A stretch of DNA of 64,000 nt from the NCBI GenBank assembly GCA_002633005.1, contig NMRA01000163.1, positions 710,884 through 774,883 on the forward strand, written 5' to 3'. The notes below the pieces were generated by a model, which ran no database searches, was not told where the DNA came from, and saw only the letters and a program-made list of their open reading frames with translations. Position numbers and translations under genes: made by a program. Positions 39,158 through 50,835 of the stretch are shown here, one piece after another (position 1 is the stretch's first letter; each line of letters starts with the position of its first letter). This DNA comes from Phoronis australis. Its lineage: Eukaryota; Animalia; Phoronida.

Positions 39158-40960
39158 GTAGAAGTCGCCATGTTGTCGGTGCCGCCGGAAATGAGACTAA
39201 ATCCAACGGGAATTGTGAGCATTGTTATCACTCAATAAGTAACATCTGCTTGGCTGAAACCAATGAAAACTATTGAATCGCTCAGAATAGTAGGTATAGA
39301 TCTTTCTCACTAAATTCCATCGTAAATTTTTGGTGAAAATAAATTATGCCAGTATGACACACATTCAATCATTAACCCTAGCATGCATGCACCTGTACAT
39401 GTACATAGAAATATGCGTGCGAGAGCTCGTGAACTCCAGGATCTAGGATATGTCGTAAGAAGGGACTAACCTCAAATTTCGAAGGAAACTTTCTCTTGAC
39501 ACTTAAATGAAGTACCAAAAGCTTTTCTATTGTTCCCTCAGGGGTGCCCCATACCTGCCTGTGGAAGCTCAGATAGGATACTCCTATGTAATCCATTTAT
39601 TTGCCAAGCAGTCTACACACAGTGATACCAACGGAAGGACCGCATAAAATGCCCCCTCCTCCTTTCTGCAGGCTTGGGACTGGCAAGATGCAACACATAA
39701 CAATGTGATGCAACTTGGCGGAGTTAGGCATTGTGGTTTCAACTGGACGTCATGCTAAACAGAACTGGCACAGTGGATTTTTGGAAATAATTCTCAGAAA
39801 AATAACACTCGAAACTGCATTTCCTAAGTTGTACATTGTCAAACAAGAGCAACACAGGAGGTTGAAATGTACTCACGAATGCATCGCTAATGGTGTGCTT
39901 CTGGGGGTGTATATTTGTATCATAAAAATGGCCAATAGATGGCACAAAATACATCTTCTTATGAGGAAGTTTAATTTTTTTAATTTTTGTGATACGTGTG
40001 TCCATGCACTATAGGCAACAGATTCGCAACTACACTCAGCTTACGGTAAGTGTATTCTGACGGGAAATTTTTGCATCTATTTTACTGTCCAGTAAAACGA
40101 AAAAAAAAAATTATTTCGGCATCGAAACGCTGTGCAAATTCTTCCAGTAGTAGAACTATTGGTATCGTGCTACTACCACCTGACCACGACCATTATTAGC
40201 AGACAATGTACTTACCAGAAGTAAAACATGCTATGTCTGCCAGGTGTCGAACAACCAATCAGTTTTAGTGAACAAAAATTGACAAATTTTAAAATTGGTC
40301 ATGAAGATATGACTTCCCAAACTACAGCTCATTTTGGCAAAACTTTTCTGATAATTTGAATGGGGTAGGTGAATTTGGGGCACTCCGGGCCCTTACTAAG
40401 GCCAAAAAAGTATGATACATTTCTAGAGAGGACAGACAAGGGGCTATCAGATGCACAAAGAATTTTTGAAATCGAAAACAAAGTAATTTTGGACCCAAAA
40501 ATGACAGTTGGGTGGGTCACTTTGGTGGACCACTATTACCTAATTAACGGGCCGGTCACGCTGAAACTTGGGGGCTGACCATTTAGAAGATTGGCCTTTC
40601 GAATAAGAACATAAACTTTAAAATCGAAGCCTATATATAGTCCAGGGTTTTTAGGAGGCGGAAAAAGTTTTTGTCTCCATTTTCAAAAATTCTTTTCCAG
40701 ATCGAGGTAGAATGCTGATAAATTAAACCCGCCAAGTTTGAGTTGGATTGGATCATTAGTAAGGTCACACGGCAAGATCAAAGTTGAAAAACATCATTTT
40801 TAGACCTTTTCACGCCTTAAAAATTTTTTGACCCCGATTTCAAAACTTCTTTCATTGTTGGATAGCCCTTTACTTACTGACTCCAAAAACGTAAGTCGCC
40901 ACTTCTGGTAAGCCCTAATAAGGTCACAGCAGAGGATCAAAGCTGGCGTGCGTTCAGTAG

Positions 40961-41005
40961 ACGCTAGGACCTACGCTAGGACCTACGCTAGGACCTACGC
41001 TAGGA
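40961..41005 (+). repeat. 12-bp tandem repeat (ACGCTAGGACCT) x ~3.7
   Basis: Directly visible. Confidence 0.85.
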
Positions 41006-41859
41006 ACTAGCTAAAGTCTAGTCAAGGTCACGTGTTCTCATTTAAAATACACGGCAATATCTCACGTAATCTCGCGAAGTCTTGCTTTTTAGCGAGGTCC
41101 TTGCGTTACTGAACGGGAGGCTGGTCTCTACAAGTAATTTTAACAAAGGGAATACTATCATTTATCATAAGCATTCGGTTCAAGCCGGTGTGGCAGATTC
41201 TTTAACTTCAGGTATACCAGGGTTTACCTTAAATGTTTCCTTATCTTTATCCTCCGGATTCCTCTTAATATTTCCGTAACTTAAGTTTACACTTAAAGTT
41301 AGTTTCAAGATTTTCCTTATCGTTAACTTAATAGATGTTTTGTATGCACTTGAAACAATACTATGTTACCCCTACTTGCATTATTTTGCAAATTTCAAAA
41401 CTTTAACTGAGTGCAAATAATAATACGCAATGCTCATCTGAAAGTGCGGGAAAGTCATCTTTAGTCCATATAAAATATCTGTTGTCCAACGTTGCAGTCA
41501 GAGTAGAGTTTAAGAGTTCACGAAGGACAAGAGGCACACACACCCGATGAAGAAGTTAACCAAAAGCAAGAGGTTTAGGCAAAGCCACGGCACACAGTGA
41601 GGAAAAGTATAGAGCTATCAGGTCACAAACAAAATTACCTGACTGTCAGCTGTAAAATGAATAACTAATTATATATTATTAATAGGTAAATGCTGTATTG
41701 GCCAAGGGTCCAAAAAGGGCAACCTTTTTATATGGCAAGTACTTACAAATAGACTGCTTTGAATTACAACATGATTGAACAATTTGAAAGAGCAAATTAA
41801 ATTGGATTAAATAGTGGATTTTTCTGATTATAGTTCAAGTATGATAATGAATGTTTATA

Positions 41860-43242
41860 TTGTACTGAAATTTCCATTATAGTCTTGGGACATTTCATCG
41901 AAGTGAACACAAAAACAGTGAAGCAGGTGACAAAATAATGATGTTTTGTGGAACACCACTTGATAGATACATTCATCTACTTATTCATCCAGTTGTGGTA
42001 GAAGAGAAGACACAAATATTGGTCCATCAAACATTTCCCTGGTCTTGGCAATCCATGCTCCGTGATCCCTTGCTGTCGCCATCGGGTGGTGTCTTTGGGC
42101 CACTTCATTTGTTCCTGCATGAAGCACTACCGCGTCATATCCTCCCGTGATGTCAGTCTTTGCAGCAATGAAAAGGAAATAATTTTTAAGCAACTCAAGT
42201 GTCATATGGTTTTTACATCAATAATATTAATAAAATGGCAACAACAATGATTAAAATAATAACAAATATTATTAAAATAGAAATAACACTCATAATATCT
42301 ATACTTATTGTAATACAATAGCCTGTAGCAAAGAATAGGTATGAAACATGAAAATAATAAACTCAACAACAATGCTATTATTCACATACAACGACAAATT
42401 CAACAATAGTAATCACACACCGTGAACGGATTTTCAAACACTTCAAAAATAAGGTGGTACAAAGGTGAGGTAACAAGTAAAAAACGAATATTTATATGCG
42501 ACTTCATAAGCGTAAAAAGAACAAATTTAATTTTCATTCCAAATTTGATTTTCATTTTTAGCCAGACTATATAGCGAACTGAAGTTTTGATTTTGTTGTC
42601 ATGTTAAACTCACCATCTGAGCAAAAGGTAACACATCTTCCACTATGTACTTTAAAGTCGATTTTGATGTTGCGGCTACTCTCAATGTACTTGTAAATGC
42701 TACCAGTGATCAGCTTAACCTAAGAATATGTATTAAATGAAGATTAATGACAATTACCAAAATTAGCAAAAGACAAGGGGCCCTCCATACTGCACAGTGT
42801 TTCCCACAACCTGACGAATTTGGGAATTTGGATTGCTTCCGTCAAGTCTGAAAACTGAGTCACACACTCAGCATGACACAGTGTAGATTTTGATTTTCAA
42901 ATATGAAACAGGGTCCATTAGGAGGCTGATGACTTTTTCTCCAGTGCCATGACCACTGTTTTCTTTCAACACTACGACCAATGACATTATGCACATCAAA
43001 GATTAGGAATGTATCCAAACAAACCCGATCTCATTAGAAACAGGTACTAGCGGCGTTACAGAACTCTACCCTAGCCCTTGGACTAATGGGCATGTTGTAA
43101 AAAGGACATTTGACAACTACACAAGACATTATTTGAGAAAATAATGTTCCAAGAACTCACCATCATTCTGACCGGATTGTTCAAAGCTGATCTGATGTAT
43201 GAAAGTCTCACTGCTATTAGAATCAACTAATACACATGAATA
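41860..43242 (-). pseudogene. Spliced SGNH/GDSL hydrolase-like (LINE ORF1 esterase-type) pseudogene, cargo of Kolobok-like copy C
   Basis: Exons 43242-43161 (UTR + MM|GTGAGT), 42719-42614 (VKLITGSIYKYI...HSGRCV; blocks I/II) and 42162-~41860 (AKTDITGGYDAVVLHAGTNE...IFVSSLLPQLDE* ... KWC....FV ... VHF; blocks III/V). Phases fit if the third acceptor CTG derives from CAG. Confidence 0.6.
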
Positions 43243-43622
43243 CTGTGGAAATAATAACTTAAAAATAGTTACCAAGGTAACAAAACAATTATTCTAGCCC
43301 TTTAAACAATATTATTAAAACAAACGAGCCTAAAATGACGTTCAAACTGAAAGATGATGCACAACAAGGTGATAACAACTACACAACGGGAATCCTGAAC
43401 AAGTGAACAATGAGCACAATCGAGTAATTTCGCAGTAGAAGTAGTAAGGCAGGCAGATTTTCGCTAAATAATCGCTTGAAATCGCAGTTGATTTTCTGTC
43501 TCAGTAATGCCGGAAACCAAAAGGAGGTCACATAGAGGATCCGGTAGGTTGACCTCCCTGCGCGCGCACAGACTCCAGCTCTTCCGGTGGTGTAGTGGGG
43601 AAAACAAGCGTGGCCTTTTTGC

Positions 43623-45208
43623 GAACTGAAGGGCTATTTTGTACTTGGTGAAGTTTTGGTTATTGTTTACAATTCGACTCCATTAACTTACATACTTGAT
43701 ATTAATATTTTCTGAATCCTCTCGCCAGGGTTATCATGGTGATTCCAAAAATATATTACTCGTAGCGATTAGGCTCTTCTTATTGATGCATTCACCGTTT
43801 TTACGAGGTACATTTTGATGAAAGCTACAACAAAAAGCAACTTTGCACAATGTTTGTTTTTGTACAAAAACATAAGGAATATTCTAATTATTGCAGTGTG
43901 AATATCTCATTCAGTTGACCATACACTCAGCTTTAAAACAGTTGGGAAAGTTTTGAAATCGTTTTTTCTTTGAAAGTCAATTGCGCTTCAAGGCTTGGTT
44001 ATGTGTCACAACAAAATTAATATTTTTCTAAATTTTACGTACAGCTGAATCGTTCTTTCAATACATGCGTTGTAACTTTTTGCTTTCTTTATTCAATTCA
44101 TTAAGGCCCAAAATGTAAAGGCTCTTAATTAGAGTAATAGGCCATGTTGGATTGTGAAGGTTCCAGCCTCCAATCCTTTTTCCACAGCAAATTCTTATTT
44201 TTTCAAATCATGCTTGTCGAATTCTAATGTAACAAACACCTGGTCGCCATGGTAATAGTTAGGCATATCTACTTTTATATCACGTAAATTTGTCTTTTTG
44301 TTCGATAACGTTTGTAATGCTTAAATGTTAAAGTACTGTGCAGTCTAACTTACTTATTTTGGTAAAAGATTAGATCACACATAAACTTTACTGTACCGAT
44401 ATTATTTCAGTAGTGACTTATGTGCAGTAGCGGTAACCTTCAACTACCTTGAAAGTCCTTCACTGTAGAAACCAAATAGATAATTCCGACTGAAAGCACT
44501 TGATTTTAATTTGAACTGTGGATTAAATCATAATCGTCCTCTGATTTGTTCTTTGACTTCTATGACTCAGTGACCGAAGCATGGTAGAATTAACTTGTCG
44601 TAATGAATGGCTGAAATAATATGTTCACTGGCACCTTCAGGTGATATTTTTGATGCCTTGGGTTTGTTGTTATTTCAATACATTAACACATCAAATCCAT
44701 TTCAAGTGTCCTTGTAATTCTGTCATTGAGATTGTCACCTCCACTCAAAATTCAATTATATACGTGTTTAATTAAAAGGTGACACCCTTTTTACTCACTG
44801 CTGAAAATGAAAAAAAAAATAAAACCGCACTATTTCGTATTAGGCTTGATTATCTATGATACACTGGTTTTTACATCTTCTTGGCGAAAAACAATTTAAT
44901 TATGCCAAAAAATGGAGTTGAAAGGAATTATCAAATGAAGCAAGCAGAATTTTGGAGGTTGACTGCTTGTAGCCATTACATGTACAATACAAAGCTGTTT
45001 TCCTGAGCTGACATCCAACAGACAGTTATATAACCACATACATGTATACATGGTCTCAGAATTGACTCGGCTGAAGTCGGAAAAGGTCATTACTGCTTGG
45101 CTTTTCTCATTAACGAAGCTGTTCGGACAAGAACTGCCCTGTGCATTAGATTCACATAGTCCTATTATTTGTTTTGAAAAGCAGTTGTTTTGGTGAGAAA
45201 CTATGTCT
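43623..45208 (-). mobile_element. Kolobok-like left arm, copy C (inverted)
   Basis: Ends CTATGTCT-TTAA at 45201-45212; reverse complement colinear with copies A and B. Confidence 0.8.
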
Positions 45209-45324
45209 TTAAACGAATAATAGAAGAATATGGGGTATGAAATAAAAAGAAATGTGGTTCATAAGCAAACTTTATTAACAGTCAACACATGTGTATACAT
45301 ATTAACTACACCTAAATACATTAG

Positions 45325-46120
45325 CTGTGAACCAATCTCTTAGCCGGTACGGCGTTTTCCCGATGCTCCCAACTTGCTCGATTCTATAGCCCAATAACAA
45401 GTTGGGAAGACCACCCCTGTAGCCAATATCTTACACGACTGATTAACTCCATTCTGGAATTGATGGTTGGAAGGCCCGCTCTCTTTTGTTTGATAATTGC
45501 GCTAATCTCCGCATGACAGCGGTTTCCCGTTCAGTGACTTTACCCGACGTAGGGGGTTCTGAGCGTGTGATACCCGGTAACATCTAGCTTCTTTGTTAAC
45601 TGCCAAGCACACTCTTTTGTCTGTTATGACAACAAGCAGGCCAATTATCTACCAGGCTTATTACAGACCAAGTGTGAACACAGTCAAACTCAGAGTGTCT
45701 TCGGAGGAATAGATTGTCGTATTTTTCGGTTGCAGTTGGGCGATTTTGGCGATCGAAAAACTAAACATGATCACCATTTGACGAAGATTTCAGATATGCT
45801 ATTGGTTTATGTTCAAATATGTTACAACTCAACTTTTATATTTAACAGCACAGCCCAGTCAGGGTAGATACGATCTTATTGGAGATTAGAGCAATTATCG
45901 AACAAAAGAGACTCCATAAATGCCAGAATGGAGTTAATCAGTCGTGTCAGATATGGGCTACAGGGGTAAACTGGCAACTTGTTGTTGGGCTATAGAATTG
46001 AACAAGTTGGGAGCAACGGGAAAACACCGTAATGGATCAGATTGTATCGCATGACTGGGCTGTGCTGCTAAAAATGAAAGTTAAGTTAAAACATATTTAA
46101 ACATAACCCAATAGCATAAT
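45325..46120. mobile_element. Non-coding element with interleaved inverted repeats (A..B..A'..B'), resembling the DIRS ITR/ICR architecture
   Basis: A 45348-45457 pairs with A' 45923-46031; B 45795-45875 pairs with B' 46039-46118. Confidence 0.55.
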
Positions 46121-47479
46121 ACCTGTGACAAATACATGTACAACGAGCTTTGAAAAGTGAACAAGGATCAGTAGGTGAATGCTGGATCTATAAGAAAATC
46201 AAGTAAATGGAAAATCTATTATTCTCTGTTTCCACATTTTGACAATGATAATTTATTTGTCAGCAGATTCAAACAAGATCACCCATCGCATTCAAGTATT
46301 TTATGTACTATACAGTGGCCGATCTAGGATACCATTAAGGGGGGCGGCCCAACATGTTGCCTCAGGGAATTGGGCAAAGAGCGATTGTATGTGCACAAGG
46401 GGCCCGAAAGTTGTGGGAGCAGATAATGTAGACCTTCTGTTCAACAAATCTATCGACGCCGCGATCTGAGATCTGAACCCCCCATCCGCTACCAGTCCTA
46501 GTTACTGAACTCCCTTTTTCTTCGTGCTTCACGCTGTTTCTGTTTCATTTTGCTGGCGGCAGCCAAGGGGGGGGGGGGGAGGGCAGGCCCCCTGGGTCAC
46601 CGCCTATGCTATAGACAACTAAGTACAACCTATAAATGAAAGCGTTGATGGAACAAACACTTTCCTGATAGAAGACAAACCTTCAAGGACAATGACAAGA
46701 GCATAAAAAAGCTGAAAATCCCCTATCTTGCATAACAAAAAAAAAACAATATTAACACAACTTATAGATATGTCATTACCTCTGTATGCTCCTCACTCAC
46801 ATGAGAACATTTGTATCAAACATTACTGTATGCCACCATGTTTCAGTCCAGTTGTTAAATGTTATCAACTGTATTTAGAAATGTCGACAACCTGCAAACT
46901 TGAAAGACGCCTATTCATATGTTACCTCACTCAGTCTAACATGGTTGCTTTTCAAACAGCGAATGCTGGGCAGTGGTTTGTAAGATATTGTGCCAAGGCA
47001 AGTGGTATGGACAGTATTATTTCACTGGGCCACTTTTGTCTGCATATCATAAAGTCTTAACATACATTAGCGTATTGTTATGTGGGTCTGTAGCAGAGAA
47101 AGGCAAAAATACCGTAGGCCAGAAACGTCTAATCATCTCTATGAGAACATTCAAACCTGTCAACAGAACCTCAGAGAGTTGTGTTCTGTAACTATTGTCT
47201 GATTGTCATCAATATTAAGACCTGATGATATCACACAGCATACCGAGGAAAAACTAATATTCATTAAATTGCACATTTAAAAATGAAATTAGTATTTCCA
47301 CTTCATTTGCCAAAAAATAACACTTTTACTCAACAAGTGTTATCTGAACTTCTTCCTTAGTAATCAGATGAGAAAAGATAACAGATCCCTGCTTAAGGCC
47401 ATGCTGGCAACGATTGACGATGTCATTTAAAGTGAGGTATCCATGATAGCAAGTACCAGCATATGTTGAAGAAAACAAC

Positions 47480-47770
47480 AATAGTTTCAGGTCGACTTGA
47501 CATGTTTCGGTGTCATTTATTCAAACACCATCATCAGAAGACTGAGAGAATGCAGTGGCCACCTAGCTAGGGGGGCTGAGGTAAAAGGTACAACGGAGCA
47601 TGACGCACTGTTCAATGCAAAACCCTTTCCGGTACGGTAGGTACAAGTAGTATAGTAGGCAGTAGGCAACGGCTATACGGTACTGTAACTTAGTATTCAT
47701 GGTATCCTAGCTCTTATCCTTTTCATAAGGTCCCAGGTTGCCAGTCATTTCAGCCCCTCGGTCACCCACC
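47480..47770 (-). mobile_element. Penelope-like element 3'-end remnant
   Basis: Minus strand gives a frameshifted DRGAEMT/ATWDLM, resembling the PLE GIY-YIG C-terminus, followed downstream by the hammerhead motif. Confidence 0.45.
47494..47542 (-). ncRNA. Minimal type-I hammerhead ribozyme (Penelope-type)
   Basis: Minus strand: gtCTT-CTGATGA-t-GGTGT-loop-ACACC-GAAA-CAT-GTC-AAGtc. Intact core, 5-bp stem II, palindromic ACATGT stem III, GUC cleavage triplet, short stem I. Confidence 0.75.
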
Positions 47771-50700
47771 CAATCATCCCAGTCAAGCTACGTCAGTTTA
47801 GAAACAATTACCAATTAAGACCAGAATAACATAAAGAATGGGCAGTAAACATAATTAAAACGGAAACAATAACTCACGACAAACGAATTCATGTCCACCA
47901 TTCGACTGACGGCGAAATTTTACTTAACAGCTGCTCACTAGATGTCGCAAACGCTTGCTTAATCTCAAGATCTCTTGCGTGAAATAGAAATAGAAATTTA
48001 TTCCAAATTCACTCAAATTTCCAAGTTCACGCACGTCAGGCTCAACTTGTCGAACAGACAAGTCATCTGTTAACGAACAAGACAAGCACGGCAAACAACA
48101 GAGGGCGCCACTTGAAAACGAATGACGTCACGGAGTCTCAATCTGAGTGATCCCCGAACCTGCATTATGGTATTTTTATTTTGGGATGAGACAAAAACTG
48201 GTGAGGCTTTGCTGGGCTTTGCGCCATTGGACGTTTTGAAGCTGCAGCTGAAAGGTAAGATCATGACTATTTCTGCTTTATTCTGCAGAATTTGCATTGC
48301 AATCAATACAATAGAGTGAAACAACCGCTTTACTTGTTAAGATACAACATCTTTCTTATTTTGTTTTTTATTTTGACAGACATCACCCTCAAAATCGGAT
48401 AATACAGTTGATGTTCTTTTTGTGAGATTAAATGATGAATGACGCAGGTATCTGTTTCAAGACGTAATTAGCCATCTTGTCGAACTTCAGTTTTCCAATC
48501 CTAACCTCGGACCAACAAGTGAGGTCAACTATCGACGGTTGTGTTCATAGCATTCCGGGAGGTAGCGCAATGATCAAGTTCTGCATGCGCCGCAGTCCCC
48601 GAGCTTCCGTCCCAGGTCCGGGGGTTCTGTACAAGACGTGCCGTCCGGTTCATGGTAACCCCTGAACTAATAGATACGTAAATTTAGTCATGCATTTATG
48701 TTTGAATGTAGATATTTATGCATATATGTAGTCATGTAACCTTTTTGCGTATGTATTCAGGCTCTCAAAATGAAAGAATATAGCCGTTACTTGCCTTCGT
48801 GTTAAGTTGTATTTCAGAAAATAGTCTCATTGCTACGCAATACAGAGTTGAATACTAGTTTGACAACGATTGAAGACGCTAATGTTTCCGAGCATTTTGT
48901 GATTGAATTAAAGGGCATCGGAGAAGTGTTGGCAAACTTTGGAACACCAGTAGCCGAATCCACGGAAACGGCTCCCCCACATGAAATCACTAGTCATGTT
49001 CCATTGAAAGGCCGAAATTTGACATAACGGAAGAACAACTCTCATTTCAAAAGTGAGTCCCCAGTGGTATCAGCTGCATCAATTTATGGGAACTGTCCTC
49101 ACCCCAGAACGCCTGTGGCATGGGCGTAATTGGTAGGAACGTGTCGTAACTTGCACGCGCGCACCCAGCCTAAAGTATTGCGGGGCTCGAATTTTTCGGT
49201 ATGCGGACCTTTTACTTACAAAAATCAACGAGGACTAAAAAAAATAAAAATTAAAAAAACGGGCCACTAGGTTCGGGTCTACGAATTGTGCATCCGCGTA
49301 GAATTCCTGTGGACGCATTTGTCTCGTTTACTCGAACTTGTTGCTTCGCTAAGGCGGACTTTTTTGCCCAATTCGCCAAATTGGAGGACTCCTTCGATCC
49401 CTCCGAGGCCCCCTGGGTGCGCCCTGAACTTGGGCGTGTATTTTGCCCTATACTGAGGTATCTTCTCGATGGACATTTCGGCTTCTGGGTGTCGTGTCGC
49501 GGGGTGAGTAAATCTAACAAGTTAAATATCATCAGTATCGGGGCGGGGATATCATCATTTGGCCAGTATTGTTTCGTGTACCTTGACCCTCAGGTTTGCA
49601 GTGGTCCGAGGACTTTGAATGTGCGGTGGCACTACCCATTAGGCCAATGTGGACAATATCTTCCCTTGTCCGCAATTGACTTACTCCACACTGCATCATT
49701 CAGCTGTAATATAAGGCAGAAGCTTACCAAGCTCATTTTGTTCAAAAGCCAGTGAATTTTATGGCAGTCGTACAAAAACAGCATATTTGGTTCCAATTGT
49801 GATTTTTTGAAGTTGATGCGATGTGCTAGTTTTAAGTTGTCCAAATTTTGGAATAAAAAAAAATCCGTACGACAGCTTGAAGTTCAGAACGGGTCGGTAT
49901 ACGTTTTTCTCAGCATCGCTTGATGTCGGTTAAAATGGTTCAGGCTTTCTTTCCCCCTGCGTCACCTGATGCCAGCTGAACTTGGTCGAATTTTTCTGTC
50001 TACAAAGTGAGTCGGCGGTTTTCAAAATGACCCATACACAGGTCAGAACCAATTTTGTATTTTTTGGCCTTTTGAGGTTTCAAGTATGGAAATTGTTTGA
50101 ATCCCTGGCCAAAATCTTTGAAAAGAAGTGGATGCTCGTTGATGAAAATAACTATTTGCATTTTTTAAATCGTATATAACTATACCTTTGAAGCCCCGTG
50201 CAACTGTGTTTTGAGCTGAAAGTGTAATTATATTCAAATAAAACAAAATTGCTAGGGAGAATTAAATAGCAGAAACAATTGTTCATCTCATCTACTCCAT
50301 AGCAAGCTGTGTCAAGTTTTTAGTATTAACTTGCCAAATTAAAAAACCTTAAACCAGTTGAACCTGAAGTGGACATTAGCAAATCATGTTCTTCAGCCGC
50401 GGTTAGTTCGAATGGATAAGTCAACAGGAAATGGACTTAGCTTGTTAGCGTGTCTTCACAAGCAGTCAGATTAGCGTAATGGAAAAACAACAAAACTGAG
50501 CCAAAATAGTCTCAGCAGGCTGACATTTTTGTCTTGAAGCAGATTTCATAAAAGCTTTGTTATTAACTGTCTGTCCTGTTGCAGGCAATATTTGTGTTGA
50601 CTACGTGAAGTTTTAAAGAACATACGAAAAATGCTTTGCTTTTACACGCCATGGTTATTAGTTATTATGTGGCTGTCTTTATTTTTTAGTTGGTCTTGGC

Positions 50701-50773
50701 ATCGCCTTCTCTGTCGGCCAAGCCACTTTTAAGATAATTATGTAAATTAACTGATATCTTCTGACGAGAAGAG

Positions 50774-50835
50774 GACAATGATTTTTGGACGACGCCAACT
50801 ACTGTTGCGCCTCTTAGTGGCAGTTTTGTTTTTGT
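50774..50835 (-). repeat. Solo fragment of one HINE array monomer (CTCF-like motif)
   Basis: Reverse complement AAAACAAAACTGCCACTAAGAGGCGCAACAGTAGT...TCGTC..AAAATCAT matches the monomer at 28225-28283. Confidence 0.7.

Noticed and set aside
50396-50422. tRNA-like 5' segment GCCGCGGTTAGTTCGAATGGATAAG
   Set aside because: No B box, anticodon arm or acceptor-stem partner; at most a SINE relic.
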